This document shows, piece after piece, positions 1 to 7,647 of a stretch of 21,924 bases of DNA. A model generated the notes under the pieces. That model had not been told where the DNA came from and ran no database searches. It saw only the letters and a program-made list of their open reading frames with translations. The stretch comes from a virus (Duplodnaviria; Heunggongvirae; Uroviricota; Caudoviricetes). Position numbers and translations under genes: made by a program. Position 1 is the first letter of the stretch. Each line of letters opens with the position of its first letter. Where the stretch lies: the IMG/VR virus record IMGVR_UViG_2609459845_000023, positions 1 to 21,924 of that record. The stretch is one strand, 5' to 3'.

Positions 1-1284
1 TTACTTCTTCGCCTCTGCAACCACTTTACTACCCACGCCGCGGTTATTGTATTCCCACATGCGGTTGTAGTTAGTGTCATTCAGATTGCGCTGTATTTCG
101 TCGTTATCATCTACGCTGCCGGTATTACCCGCAAACGGACGATTAGAGATCACCGCATCGGCCCACGGTTTAGCCGTGTTAAAACCTTCGTTGATGGCGC
201 TATCACGGATCACCACCTGACCGTTGGTATTGGCATCAACATCCAGCGAGCGGCCCAGTTGCGCCACACCATCACCGAAAGCATTGAAACGGCTGTTTAC
301 GGCGAGGAAACCGTAGTAAATGTTGGACAGCGTAGCCGGTGCAAACACATACGCTTCTTGCTGAGTACGTGAGTTCACCACGCGGAATTCGGTGTTATCG
401 AACACCACTGCGCCGCGACCAGAAACGATATCCACATCCCCTTCAATGTAGCTGTTGGTCACCAGCGTACGCGGCTGACGATTTGTTTCCAGACGGTTCT
501 GCACACCGCTGTTGGTGACAAAGAAGGTGTTCTGACGACCGAGAATGTTAACGTTGTTAATCTGTACCTGGTCACCATCAGTACGCAGTGCCACCGCCGG
601 ATGGTTACCTGCATCTACGCTATCGCCCAGCGTGTTTTCGATGGTCAGATTTTGCAGTTGCAGGCCATTGTTTTGTGACCAGAAGACCGCAGAGCAGAGA
701 ACACCGATACTGTCGCTGCGTTTGCTCTGGCAGCTATCGTACATATACCACGCTGGTTTACCTGGCATATATTTGCCGCGCGGGTTGACGTCGTGACGCC
801 AGTCGGCAGGGCTCATGCCACCATCAAGGGAAAGCCCAATCTTCACATCAATCGGTTTTTCACCTGTACCGTACAGAGTAATTCCACCCGGAGCGGCAGG
901 GACATATACCGTTCCCTGATACTCACCAGGCATCACGGCAATATACTGGCGCTTGTTGGTACGCTTGATAATTGCCGCATCTACCGCCGCCTGAATCGTG
1001 GTATGCGTTACACCTTGAGTGCCCGCCGGGCCGACAACAAAGTCAGGTTGCGCAGGCAGGGTAATCGGGGAAGGATTCCACGCTGCAGCACCTGGTGTCA
1101 GGGATGCAAAATAGTGTTGAGCATCGAAATTCTGCGCTTCTTTTGCCGACAGAATCGGGCGAGAAGAGGTACCAGGCGCGGTTTGATCAGAAGGACGTTG
1201 ATCGGGCGGGGTTGAGCTACAGGCGGTCAGCGTCACGCCAAAAGCCAATGCCAGCGCCAGACGGGAAACTGAAAATGTGTTCAC
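1..1284 (-). CDS. ybhC: host outer-membrane lipoprotein YbhC (pectinesterase-fold / acyl-CoA thioesterase family)
   Basis: 427-aa ORF from track; N-terminal lipoprotein signal MNTFSVSRLALALAFGVTLTAC (lipobox LTAC); recognised as E. coli YbhC, the gene flanking attB-lambda on the gal side; GC-normal composition. Confidence 0.85.
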   Translation of the reverse strand: MNTFSVSRLALALAFGVTLTACSSTPPDQRPSDQTAPGTSSRPILSAKEAQNFDAQHYFASLTPGAAAWNPSPITLPAQPDFVVGPAGTQGVTHTTIQAAVDAAIIKRTNKRQYIAVMPGEYQGTVYVPAAPGGITLYGTGEKPIDVKIGLSLDGGMSPADWRHDVNPRGKYMPGKPAWYMYDSCQSKRSDSIGVLCSAVFWSQNNGLQLQNLTIENTLGDSVDAGNHPAVALRTDGDQVQINNVNILGRQNTFFVTNSGVQNRLETNRQPRTLVTNSYIEGDVDIVSGRGAVVFDNTEFRVVNSRTQQEAYVFAPATLSNIYYGFLAVNSRFNAFGDGVAQLGRSLDVDANTNGQVVIRDSAINEGFNTAKPWADAVISNRPFAGNTGSVDDNDEIQRNLNDTNYNRMWEYNNRGVGSKVVAEAKK

Positions 1285-1330
1285 AGGTTGCTCCGGGCTA
1301 TGAAATAGAAAAATGAATCCGTTGAAGCCT

Positions 1331-1345
1331 GCTTTTTTATACTAA
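1331..1345. other. attL: attL core (O) of lambda site-specific recombination; lambda P' arm follows to about 1418
   Basis: exact 15-bp lambda common core GCTTTTTTATACTAA; right flank GTTGGCATTATAAAAAAGCATTGCTTATCAATTTGTTGCAACGAACAGGTCACTATCAGTCAAAATAAAATCATTATTT matches the lambda attP P' arm; left flank ...GTTGAAGCCT is the bacterial B arm. Confidence 0.92.
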
Positions 1346-1418
1346 GTTGGCATTATAAAAAAGCATTGCTTATCAATTTGTTGCAACGAACAGGTCACTA
1401 TCAGTCAAAATAAAATCA

Positions 1419-2489
1419 TTATTTGATTTCAATTTTGTCCCACTCCCTGCCTCTGTCATCACGATACTGTGATGCCATGGTGTCCGACTTATGCCCGAGA
1501 AGATGTTGAGCAAATTTATCGCTTATCTGCTTCTCATAGAGTCTTGCAGACAAACTGCGCAACTCGTGAAAGGTTGGCGGATCCCCTTCGAAGGAGAGAC
1601 CTGATGCTTTTCGTGCGCGCATAAAATACCTTGATACTGTGCCGGATGAAAGCGGTTCACGACGAGTAGATGCAATTATGGTTTCTCCGCCAAGAATCTT
1701 TTTGCATTTATCAAGTGTTTCCTTCATTGATATCCCGAGAGCATCAACATGCAATGTTGTTGGGATGGCAATTTTTACGCCTGTTTTGCTTTGCTCGACA
1801 TAAAGATATCCATCTACGATATCAGACCACTTCATTTCGCATAAATCACCAACTCGCTGCCCGGTAACAACAGCCAGTTCCATTGCAAGTCTAAGCCAAC
1901 ATGGTGATGATTCTGCTGCTTGATAAATTTTCAGGTATTCGTCAGCCGTAAGTCTTGATCTCCTTACCTCTGATTTTGCAGCGCGAGTGGCTGCGACCGG
2001 GTTTGTTGTTATATGGCCTTCAGCCATAGCCTCTCGGAATGCATCGCTCAGTGTTGATCTGATTAACTTGGCTGATGCCGCCTTTCCCTCGTCTATGTAT
2101 CCATTGAGCATTGCCGCAATTTCTTTTGTGGTGATGTCTTCAAGTGGAGCATCAGGCAGACCCCTCCTTATTGCTTTAATTTTGCTCATGTAATTTATGA
2201 GTGTCTTCTGCTTGATTCCTCTGCTGGCCAGGATTTTTTCGTAGCGATCAAGCCATGAATGTAACGTAACGGAATTATCACTGTTGATTCTCGCTGTCAG
2301 AGGCTTGTGTTTGTGTCCTGAAAATAACTCAATGTTGGCCTGTATAGCTTCAGTGATTGCGATTCGCCTGTCTCGGCCTAATCCAAACTCTTTACCCGTC
2401 CTTGGGTCCCTGTAGCAGTAATATCCATTGTTTCTTATATAAAGGTTAGGGGGTAAATCCCGGCGCTCATGACTTCGCCTTCTTCCCAT
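1419..2489 (-). CDS. int: lambda integrase (tyrosine recombinase)
   Basis: 356-aa ORF; MGRRRSHERRDLPPNLYIRNNGYYCYRDPRTGKEFGLGRD... matches lambda Int essentially full length; 3' end 74 bp from att core as in lambda. Confidence 0.97.
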   Translation of the reverse strand: MGRRRSHERRDLPPNLYIRNNGYYCYRDPRTGKEFGLGRDRRIAITEAIQANIELFSGHKHKPLTARINSDNSVTLHSWLDRYEKILASRGIKQKTLINYMSKIKAIRRGLPDAPLEDITTKEIAAMLNGYIDEGKAASAKLIRSTLSDAFREAMAEGHITTNPVAATRAAKSEVRRSRLTADEYLKIYQAAESSPCWLRLAMELAVVTGQRVGDLCEMKWSDIVDGYLYVEQSKTGVKIAIPTTLHVDALGISMKETLDKCKKILGGETIIASTRREPLSSGTVSRYFMRARKASGLSFEGDPPTFHELRSLSARLYEKQISDKFAQHLLGHKSDTMASQYRDDRGREWDKIEIK

Positions 2490-2685
2490 TTCTGATCCTC
2501 TTCAAAAGGCTACCTGTTACTGGTCGATTTAAGTCAACCTTTACCGCTGATTCGTGGAACAGATATTCTCTTCCATCCTTAACCGGAGGAGGGAATATCC
2601 TGCATTCGCGCACCCATCGACGAACTGTTTCAAGGCTTCTTGGGCGTCGCTGGCGAGCGTTCCACTCCTGAAGTGTCAAGTACAT
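2467..2685 (-). CDS. xis: lambda excisionase
   Basis: 72-aa ORF MYLTLQEWNARQRRPRSLETVRRWVRECRIFPPPVKDGREYLFHESAVKVDLNRP..., recognised as lambda Xis; overlaps int start as in lambda. Confidence 0.95.
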   Translation of the reverse strand: MYLTLQEWNARQRRPRSLETVRRWVRECRIFPPPVKDGREYLFHESAVKVDLNRPVTGSLLKRIRNGKKAKS

Positions 2686-2710
2686 CGCAAAGTCTCCGCA
2701 ATTACACGCA

Positions 2711-2733
2711 AGAAAAAACCGCCATCAGGCGGC
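2711..2733 (-). terminator. putative intrinsic terminator (hairpin CCGCC-TGAT-GGCGG + U6) between orf55 and xis
   Basis: minus-strand read GCCGCCTGATGGCGGTTTTTTCT; overlaps the stop codon of the 55-aa ORF. Confidence 0.45.
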
Positions 2734-2892
2734 TTGGTGTTCTTTCAGTTCTTCAATTCGAATATTGGTTATGTCTGCATGTGCTATCTGCGCCCATATC
2801 ATCCAGTGGTCATAGCAGTCATTGATGTTCTCTGCTTCGATAACTCTGTTGAATGGTTCTCCATTCCATTCACCTGTGACTCGGAAGTGCAT
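2725..2892 (-). CDS. hypothetical small protein (55 aa), xis-proximal
   Basis: hand-translated ORF MHFRVTGEWNGEPFNRVIEAENINDCYDHWMIWAQIAHADITNIRIEELKEHQAA; below the 60-aa track cutoff; followed by a terminator-like hairpin; no recognisable family. Confidence 0.4.
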   Translation of the reverse strand: MHFRVTGEWNGEPFNRVIEAENINDCYDHWMIWAQIAHADITNIRIEELKEHQAA

Positions 2893-2902
2893 TTATCATC
2901 TC

Positions 2903-2930
2903 CATAAAACAAAACTCGCCGTAGCGAGTT
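2903..2930 (-). terminator. putative intrinsic terminator downstream of the 142-aa gene
   Basis: minus-strand hairpin AACTCGC-TACG-GCGAGTT followed by TTTGTTTTAT. Confidence 0.45.
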
Positions 2931-2974
2931 CAGATATAATTTCCACCAAAGGCAGTAGTTGCTGATGCTAAGAA

Positions 2975-3403
2975 TTATTCAATATCTATTCCTGTAATAT
3001 CTTTTATCTTTTTCCTTGCAAAGCCTTTTGCTAGTGATTTTGAAACACTTATTAGTGTACTAATTCCCTCATCCTTAAAGTTTGTTTTTATAGTTTGCCA
3101 GACCTCCTTTTGACGCAAGTCAGCAATAAAATCATGCCCTCTTGCTGTCAACCTCAGTGGTACTTCGATCCAACTATATCCAACACCTTCCCCTAACTCG
3201 TTGGACATTATATGACCGAACCCAGGTTTTCCATCAACCCTGACTATTAATTCGTAGTCGCATAATAATCGCATATGGAAAATAAAATTTTGGTCATATC
3301 TATTAAAGCCATTATCCTCTAGTTCACTAAGCATCGTGTCAGGGCCATGAGTTTTTTCGAATGCGATAAGTAGATCTTTTAGATATTGCTGGTCTAATTT
3401 CAT
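2975..3403 (-). CDS. hypothetical protein (142 aa), AT-rich accessory gene
   Basis: track ORF; strong SD GGAGG 7 nt upstream of ATG; AT-rich by eye relative to the lambda core genes; no family recognised. Confidence 0.7.
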   Translation of the reverse strand: MKLDQQYLKDLLIAFEKTHGPDTMLSELEDNGFNRYDQNFIFHMRLLCDYELIVRVDGKPGFGHIMSNELGEGVGYSWIEVPLRLTARGHDFIADLRQKEVWQTIKTNFKDEGISTLISVSKSLAKGFARKKIKDITGIDIE

Positions 3404-3431
3404 TGCCGCCTCCGTGACATGTCACAGAGAT

Positions 3432-3770
3432 TTATATCATTAATTTTGTTTCGTGCCAGCCTTTGGTCACCCAGCATTGTGAGTCACCATTACACGGGCA
3501 TGAATTAACAGGAACTCTCTCGCCGCACTTACCGCAACGTTTTCTGCTGATCGATTTTATACGCCAGCGCACACGTGCATCATCCTGGCGGCTCAGTAAC
3601 GCGATGTACTCACCAAACTCGTAAGGCGCATGCCTGAAGCGGCGCGTGGCTCAGTTACGATCCAGCATTTCAATTTCCTGAGCATCAAGTACAAGCTCCA
3701 GCTTACGCATACCGGATGATGCTTGCTTGGCTCTCTGATCGACTTTGCGCTCTGCTGATGATTTAGCCAT
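3432..3770 (-). pseudogene. Cys-rich (zinc-ribbon-like) small protein gene interrupted by an in-frame TGA at 3651..3653
   Basis: ATG at 3770 with SD AGGAAAAG; 39 codons (MAKSSAERKVDQRAKQASSGMRKLELVLDAQEIEMLDRN), then TGA, then 72 further in-frame sense codons (ATRRFRHAPYEFGEYIALLSRQDDARVRWRIKSISRKRCGKCGERVPVNSCPCNGDSQCWVTKGWHETKLMI) with no internal restart ATG. Confidence 0.5.
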
Positions 3771-3963
3771 TCTGCTTTTCCTGCATTAGGAGAAAGACAA
3801 TCATGGCGGCGCGGATACTTCCGGTATCTTTTTACTCGATATTACCCTTCAATGGCACATACAAGAAGAGAGCCATCAACAGGAGTGAGTGAGGAATCGA
3901 CAACCAGCAACGCTTAATTATCTATAGTGTCGTATTTGCTTCATAAAATATGGCGAATAACAC

Positions 3964-3995
3964 AAAGCCCGCAGCAGCTCATTGTGCGGGCTTTT
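3964..3995. terminator. hairpin (AGCCCGCA / TGCGGGCT) with T-rich flanks, candidate terminator downstream of the 204-aa gene
   Basis: 8-bp perfect stem about 70 nt beyond the stop of the 4064..4678 gene; loop is long (11 nt), so weak. Confidence 0.3.
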
Positions 3996-4063
3996 CTTAT
4001 ACATACTTCCTAGAGATAATTCTATGGAGGCATTAAATTAATACTGTCATTGGTAATATCATA

Positions 4064-4678
4064 TTATCTAAAAGTCTTTCCACTTTTAACGTCTAGGTAT
4101 ATTCTGTTCGACAACGTCATTCCTCCGCAATATGTGAAATAGATGTTTTTCCCCTTATTGCTTGATGCCATCCACCCTCCGATTTCCTTAAAGTCGCTTT
4201 CCGTGCAGACCCCTTCGTTTATTAACTTCCTAGCTGCCGAAGAAAACTCTTTTTTGTATATACGGTAGTCATCAGATCCTTTGATTAAAGTATCATCTCC
4301 GCTCGCATTTTCAGCAGGATCTGATGGCCTTTCACTGCTAAGATCACTAAGTTTAACCCATTCTGAAAACTTGCCATTGACGATTCCGTTTTTTCTTGTG
4401 CAGGATTTATTACCTTCTTTAATATATTCGCTTTCCCCTCCCACACATGAGGCTGAATATGGCTCAGTTATACGAACCCATTCACCTTTTTTTTCTAGAA
4501 AATCTACGCCTTCCCTGAAAAATAGTTTCCCAGCCACTCCACATTTACTTGAAGGGCAGGTATGTCTTTCCGTTCGATCAACAACAACCCAAAGTCTTGA
4601 TTCATTTTTTGCCATTGCCGATGGTATTTGAGATGAGACAATTAACGTAAGCCCTAAAATTAGTATTGATTTTTTCAT
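4064..4678 (-). CDS. secreted/periplasmic Cys-containing hypothetical protein (204 aa)
   Basis: track ORF; N-terminal signal peptide MKKSILILGLTLIVSSQIPSAMA; SD AAGGA 8 nt upstream; AT-rich. Confidence 0.75.
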   Translation of the reverse strand: MKKSILILGLTLIVSSQIPSAMAKNESRLWVVVDRTERHTCPSSKCGVAGKLFFREGVDFLEKKGEWVRITEPYSASCVGGESEYIKEGNKSCTRKNGIVNGKFSEWVKLSDLSSERPSDPAENASGDDTLIKGSDDYRIYKKEFSSAARKLINEGVCTESDFKEIGGWMASSNKGKNIYFTYCGGMTLSNRIYLDVKSGKTFR

Positions 4679-4814
4679 TGTAATTTCCTTTTACTTTTTA
4701 CAAAGCGTTTAATCATGGCTGATTATCTTTAAGCGTAGTAACAGCCTTGTGCGAAACATGTTACCAAATCGCCATTTCAGTGTATCCGCAGTTAGGCTGC
4801 CACTTCAAGGATTC

Positions 4815-5228
4815 CTAATTACATGGTACGTAAGCGTAAAATCCCGTTGGTTGTCGGGTAATAACTCTGATCAAATCTCCCTTGTCTTTTGCTCTTACGT
4901 ATGCAGCTCTTGTGTATTCAACCCAGGCCTCCAGTTCAGCAATACGCTTACTTCCATCCGAGATAACACCTTCTACTCACGCTGCTCGTTGAGTTTTGAT
5001 TTTTGCTGTCTCCAGCTCAACACGCAGTTTCCTCACCGTTAGCGCAATATCCTCGTTCTCCTGGTCGCGGCGTTTGATGTACTGCTGGTTTCTTTCCCGT
5101 TCATCCAGCAGTGTCAGCACAATCGATGGTGTTACCAGCTCATGGAAAAGGTCCGCGTCAAATCCCCAGTTGTCATGCATTGCCTGCTCTGCCGCTTCAC
5201 GCAGTGCCTGAGAGTGAATTACGCTCAC
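4815..5228 (-). pseudogene. hypothetical coiled-coil protein gene with in-frame TGA at 4977..4979 (83 codons + TGA + 53 codons)
   Basis: track ORF 4977..5228 (MSVIHSQALREAAEQ...AKIKTQRAA) continues in the same frame past TGA as VEGVISDGSKRIAELEAWVEYTRAAYVRAKDKGDLIRVITRQPTGFYAYVPCN to a TAG at 4815..4817. Confidence 0.5.
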
Positions 5229-5446
5229 TTCGAACCTCTCTGTTTACTGATAAGTTCCAGATCCTCCTGGCAACTTGCACAAGTCCGACAACCCTGAACG
5301 GCCAGGCGTCTTCGTTCATCTATCGGATCGCCACACTCACAACAATGAGTGGCAGATATAGCCTGGTGGTTCAGGCGGCGCATTTTTATTGCTGTGTTGC
5401 GCTGTAATTCTTCAATTTCTGATGCTGAATCAATGATGTCTGCCAT
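5225..5446 (-). CDS. TraR/DksA-family C4 zinc-finger protein (73 aa)
   Basis: track ORF with CxxC...CxxC spacing (CCECGDPIDERRRLAVQGCRTCASC) typical of phage TraR/DksA-type zinc fingers; stop overlaps the start of the downstream ORF. Confidence 0.7.
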   Translation of the reverse strand: MADIIDSASEIEELQRNTAIKMRRLNHQAISATHCCECGDPIDERRRLAVQGCRTCASCQEDLELISKQRGSK

Positions 5447-5495
5447 CTTTCATTAATCCCTGAATTGTTGGTTAATACGCTTGAGGGTGAATGCG

Positions 5496-5522
5496 AATAA
5501 TAAAAAAGGAGCCTGTAGCTCC
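5496..5522 (-). terminator. intrinsic terminator (GGAGC-TACAG-GCTCC + U-run)
   Basis: minus-strand read GGAGCTACAGGCTCCTTTTTTATTATT immediately downstream of the 5545..5760 ORF. Confidence 0.55.
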
Positions 5523-5544
5523 ATGATGATTTTGTTTTTCATGC

Positions 5545-5760
5545 TCACCGTTCCTTAAAGACGCCGTTTAACATGCCGATCGCCAGGCTTAAATGAGTCG
5601 GTGTGAATCCCATCAGCGTTACCGTTTCGCGGTGCTTCTTCAGTACGCTACGGCAAATGTCATCGACGTTTTTATCCGGAAACTGCTGTCTGGCTTTTTT
5701 GATTTCAGAATTAGCCTGACGGGCAATACTGCGAAGGGCGTTTTCTTGCTGAGGTGTCAT
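5545..5760 (-). CDS. hypothetical protein (71 aa from MTPQQENALRS; alternative upstream start at 5826 gives 93 aa)
   Basis: track ORF 5545..5826; the internal ATG at 5760 forms an ATGA overlap with the stop of a coupled 27-codon ORF; start uncertain. Confidence 0.5.
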   Translation of the reverse strand: MTPQQENALRSIARQANSEIKKARQQFPDKNVDDICRSVLKKHRETVTLMGFTPTHLSLAIGMLNGVFKER

Positions 5761-5840
5761 TGAACAAGTCCCATGTCGGCAAGCATAAGCACACAGAATA
5801 TGAAGCCCGCTGCCAGAAAAATGCATTCAGTGGTTGTCAT
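5757..5840 (-). CDS. putative 27-aa hydrophobic micro-protein (MTTTECIFLAAGFIFCVLMLADMGLVQ)
   Basis: hand-translated; ATGA overlaps at both ends (with the orf63-like stop and with the MTPQQ start); single hydrophobic stretch; alternative reading is the N-terminal extension of the 93-aa ORF. Confidence 0.25.
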   Translation of the reverse strand: MTTTECIFLAAGFIFCVLMLADMGLVQ

Positions 5841-6028
5841 ACCTGGTCTCTCTCATCTGCTTCTGCTTTCGCCACCATCATTTCCAGCTTTTGTGAAAGG
5901 GATGCGGTTAACGTATGAAATTCTTCGTCTGTTTCTACCGGTATTGGCACAAACCTGACTCCAATTTGAGCGAGGCTATGTGCCATCTCAATGCTCGTTC
6001 TTAACTCAACAGGAGATGCTTTGTGCAT
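5837..6028 (-). CDS. small early-left protein, lambda orf63-like (63 aa)
   Basis: track ORF; SD GGGGAG 6 nt upstream; size and position (between exo and xis) match lambda orf63; sequence identity to lambda not confirmed from memory. Confidence 0.5.
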   Translation of the reverse strand: MHKASPVELRTSIEMAHSLAQIGVRFVPIPVETDEEFHTLTASLSQKLEMMVAKAEADERDQV

Positions 6029-6183
6029 ACAGCTCCCCGTTTATTATTTATCTCCTCAGCCAGCCGCTGTGCTTTCAGGGGATTTCGGGTAACAGAAAGG
6101 CCGGGAAATACCCAGCCTCGCTTTGTAACGGAGTAGACGAAAGTGATCGCGCCTACCCGGATATTATCGTGAGGATGCGTCAT
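6001..6183 (-). CDS. small early-left protein, lambda orf60a-like (60 aa from second Met)
   Basis: track ORF 6001..6189; ATG at 6183 overlaps the exo stop (ATGA), giving 60 aa as in lambda orf60a. Confidence 0.45.
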   Translation of the reverse strand: MTHPHDNIRVGAITFVYSVTKRGWVFPGLSVTRNPLKAQRLAEEINNKRGAVCTKHLLLS

Positions 6184-6860
6184 CGCCATTGCTCCCCAAA
6201 TACAAAACCAATTTCAGCCAGTGCCTCGTCCATTTTTTCGATGAACTCCGGCACCATCTCGTCAAAACTCGCCATGTAATTTTCATCCCGCTCAACCACG
6301 ACATAATGCAGGCCTTCACGCTTCATTCGTGGGTCATAGTTGGCAAAGTACCAGGCATCTTTTCGCGTCACCCACATGCTGTACTGCACCTGGGCCATGT
6401 AAGCCGACTTTATGGCCTCGAAACCACCGAGCCGGAACTTCATGAAATCCCGGGAGGTAAACGGGCATTTCAGCTCAAGGCCGTTGCCGTCACTGCATAA
6501 ACCATCGGGAGAGCAGGCGGTGCGCATACTTTCGTCGCGATAGATGATCGGGGATTCAGTAACATTCACGCCGGAAGTAAACTCAAACAGGGCTCTGGCG
6601 TCATTCTCGTACTTTTTTCCCCAGGCCAGCGCCTTAGCGTTAACTTCCGGAGCCACACCGGTACAAATCTCAGCCAGCAGGGTGTGAAAGTAGGACATTT
6701 TCATGTCAGGCCACTTTTTACCGGAGCGGGGTTTTGCTATCACATTGTGAACTTCTGAAGCCGTGATGACGCCGAGTCGTAATTTGTTCCACGCATCATC
6801 TCCCTGTTCGACAGCTCTCACGTCGATCCCGGTACGCTGCAGGATAATGTCCGGTGTCAT
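6180..6860 (-). CDS. exo: lambda exonuclease (Red-alpha)
   Basis: 226-aa [67 protein letters not shown]..., recognised as lambda Exo. Confidence 0.97.
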   Translation of the reverse strand: MTPDIILQRTGIDVRAVEQGDDAWNKLRLGVITASEVHNVIAKPRSGKKWPDMKMSYFHTLLAEICTGVAPEVNAKALAWGKKYENDARALFEFTSGVNVTESPIIYRDESMRTACSPDGLCSDGNGLELKCPFTSRDFMKFRLGGFEAIKSAYMAQVQYSMWVTRKDAWYFANYDPRMKREGLHYVVVERDENYMASFDEMVPEFIEKMDEALAEIGFVFGEQWR

Positions 6861-7642
6861 GCAGCCACCTTCTGCTCAGAGGCTTTCTGTTTCAGGAATC
6901 CAAGAGCTTTCACTGCTTCGGCCTGTGTCAGTTCTGACGATGCGCGAATGTCGCGGCGAAATATCTGGGAACAGAGCGGCAATAAGTCGTCATCCCATGT
7001 TTTATCCAGGGCAATCAGCAGAGTGTTAATCTCCTGCATGGTTTCATCGTTAACCGGAGTGATGTCGCGTTCCGGCTGACGTTCTGCAGTGTATGCGGTA
7101 TTTTCGACAATGCGCTCGGCTTCATCCTTGTCATAGATACCAGCAAATCCGAAGGCCAGACGGGCACACTGAATCATGGCTTTATGACGCAACATCCGTT
7201 TGGGATGCGACTGCCACGGCCCCGTGATTTCTCTGCCTTCGCGGGTTTTGAATGGTTCGCGGCGGCATTCATCCATCCACTCGGTAACGCAGATCGGATG
7301 ATTACGGTCCTTGCGGTAAATCCGGCATGTGCAGGATTCATTGTCCTGCTCAAAGTCCATGCCATCAAACTGCTGGTTTTCATTGATGATACGGGACCAG
7401 CCATCAACGCCCACCACCGGAACGATGCCGTTCTGCTTATCAGGGAAGGCGTAAATTTCTTTCGTCCACGGATTAAGGCCGTACTGGTTGGCGACGATCA
7501 ACAATGCGATGAACTGCGCATCGCTGGCATCACCTTTAAATGCCGTCTGGCGAAGAGTGGTGATCAGTTCCTGTGGGTCGACAGAATCCATGCCGACACG
7601 TTCAGCCAGCTTCCCTGCCAGCGTTGCGAGTGCTGTACTCAT
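6857..7642 (-). CDS. bet: lambda Bet single-strand annealing protein (Red-beta)
   Basis: 261-aa [69 protein letters not shown]..., recognised as lambda Bet. Confidence 0.97.
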   Translation of the reverse strand: MSTALATLAGKLAERVGMDSVDPQELITTLRQTAFKGDASDAQFIALLIVANQYGLNPWTKEIYAFPDKQNGIVPVVGVDGWSRIINENQQFDGMDFEQDNESCTCRIYRKDRNHPICVTEWMDECRREPFKTREGREITGPWQSHPKRMLRHKAMIQCARLAFGFAGIYDKDEAERIVENTAYTAERQPERDITPVNDETMQEINTLLIALDKTWDDDLLPLCSQIFRRDIRASSELTQAEAVKALGFLKQKASEQKVAA

Positions 7643-7647
7643 CCGTT

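Noticed and set aside
545-1316. Plus-strand track ORFs (83, 66, 140, 73 aa) inside ybhC
   Set aside because: Antisense to a full-length recognised host gene; no RBS or recognisable protein features.
1670-2193. Plus-strand ORFs of 65 and 68 aa inside int
   Set aside because: Antisense to lambda int; typical spurious frames.
2554-2907. 117-aa and 61-aa plus-strand ORFs spanning xis and orf55
   Set aside because: Overlap xis and the 55-aa ORF in antisense and cross a terminator hairpin.
3651-3653. Selenocysteine insertion as the explanation for the in-frame TGA codons (also 4977..4979)
   Set aside because: I see no convincing SECIS-like hairpin immediately 3' of either TGA, and a Sec system is not expected in a lambdoid accessory gene; a nonsense mutation or weak readthrough is more parsimonious.
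3803-3892. 29-codon plus-strand ORF (MAARILPVSFYSILPFNGTYKKRAINRSE) with AGGAG 10 nt upstream
   Set aside because: Short, no coupling or conservation evidence, and lies in the likely promoter region of leftward genes.
4749-5042. 97-aa plus-strand ORF
   Set aside because: Antisense to the protein-like extension of the TGA-interrupted leftward ORF.
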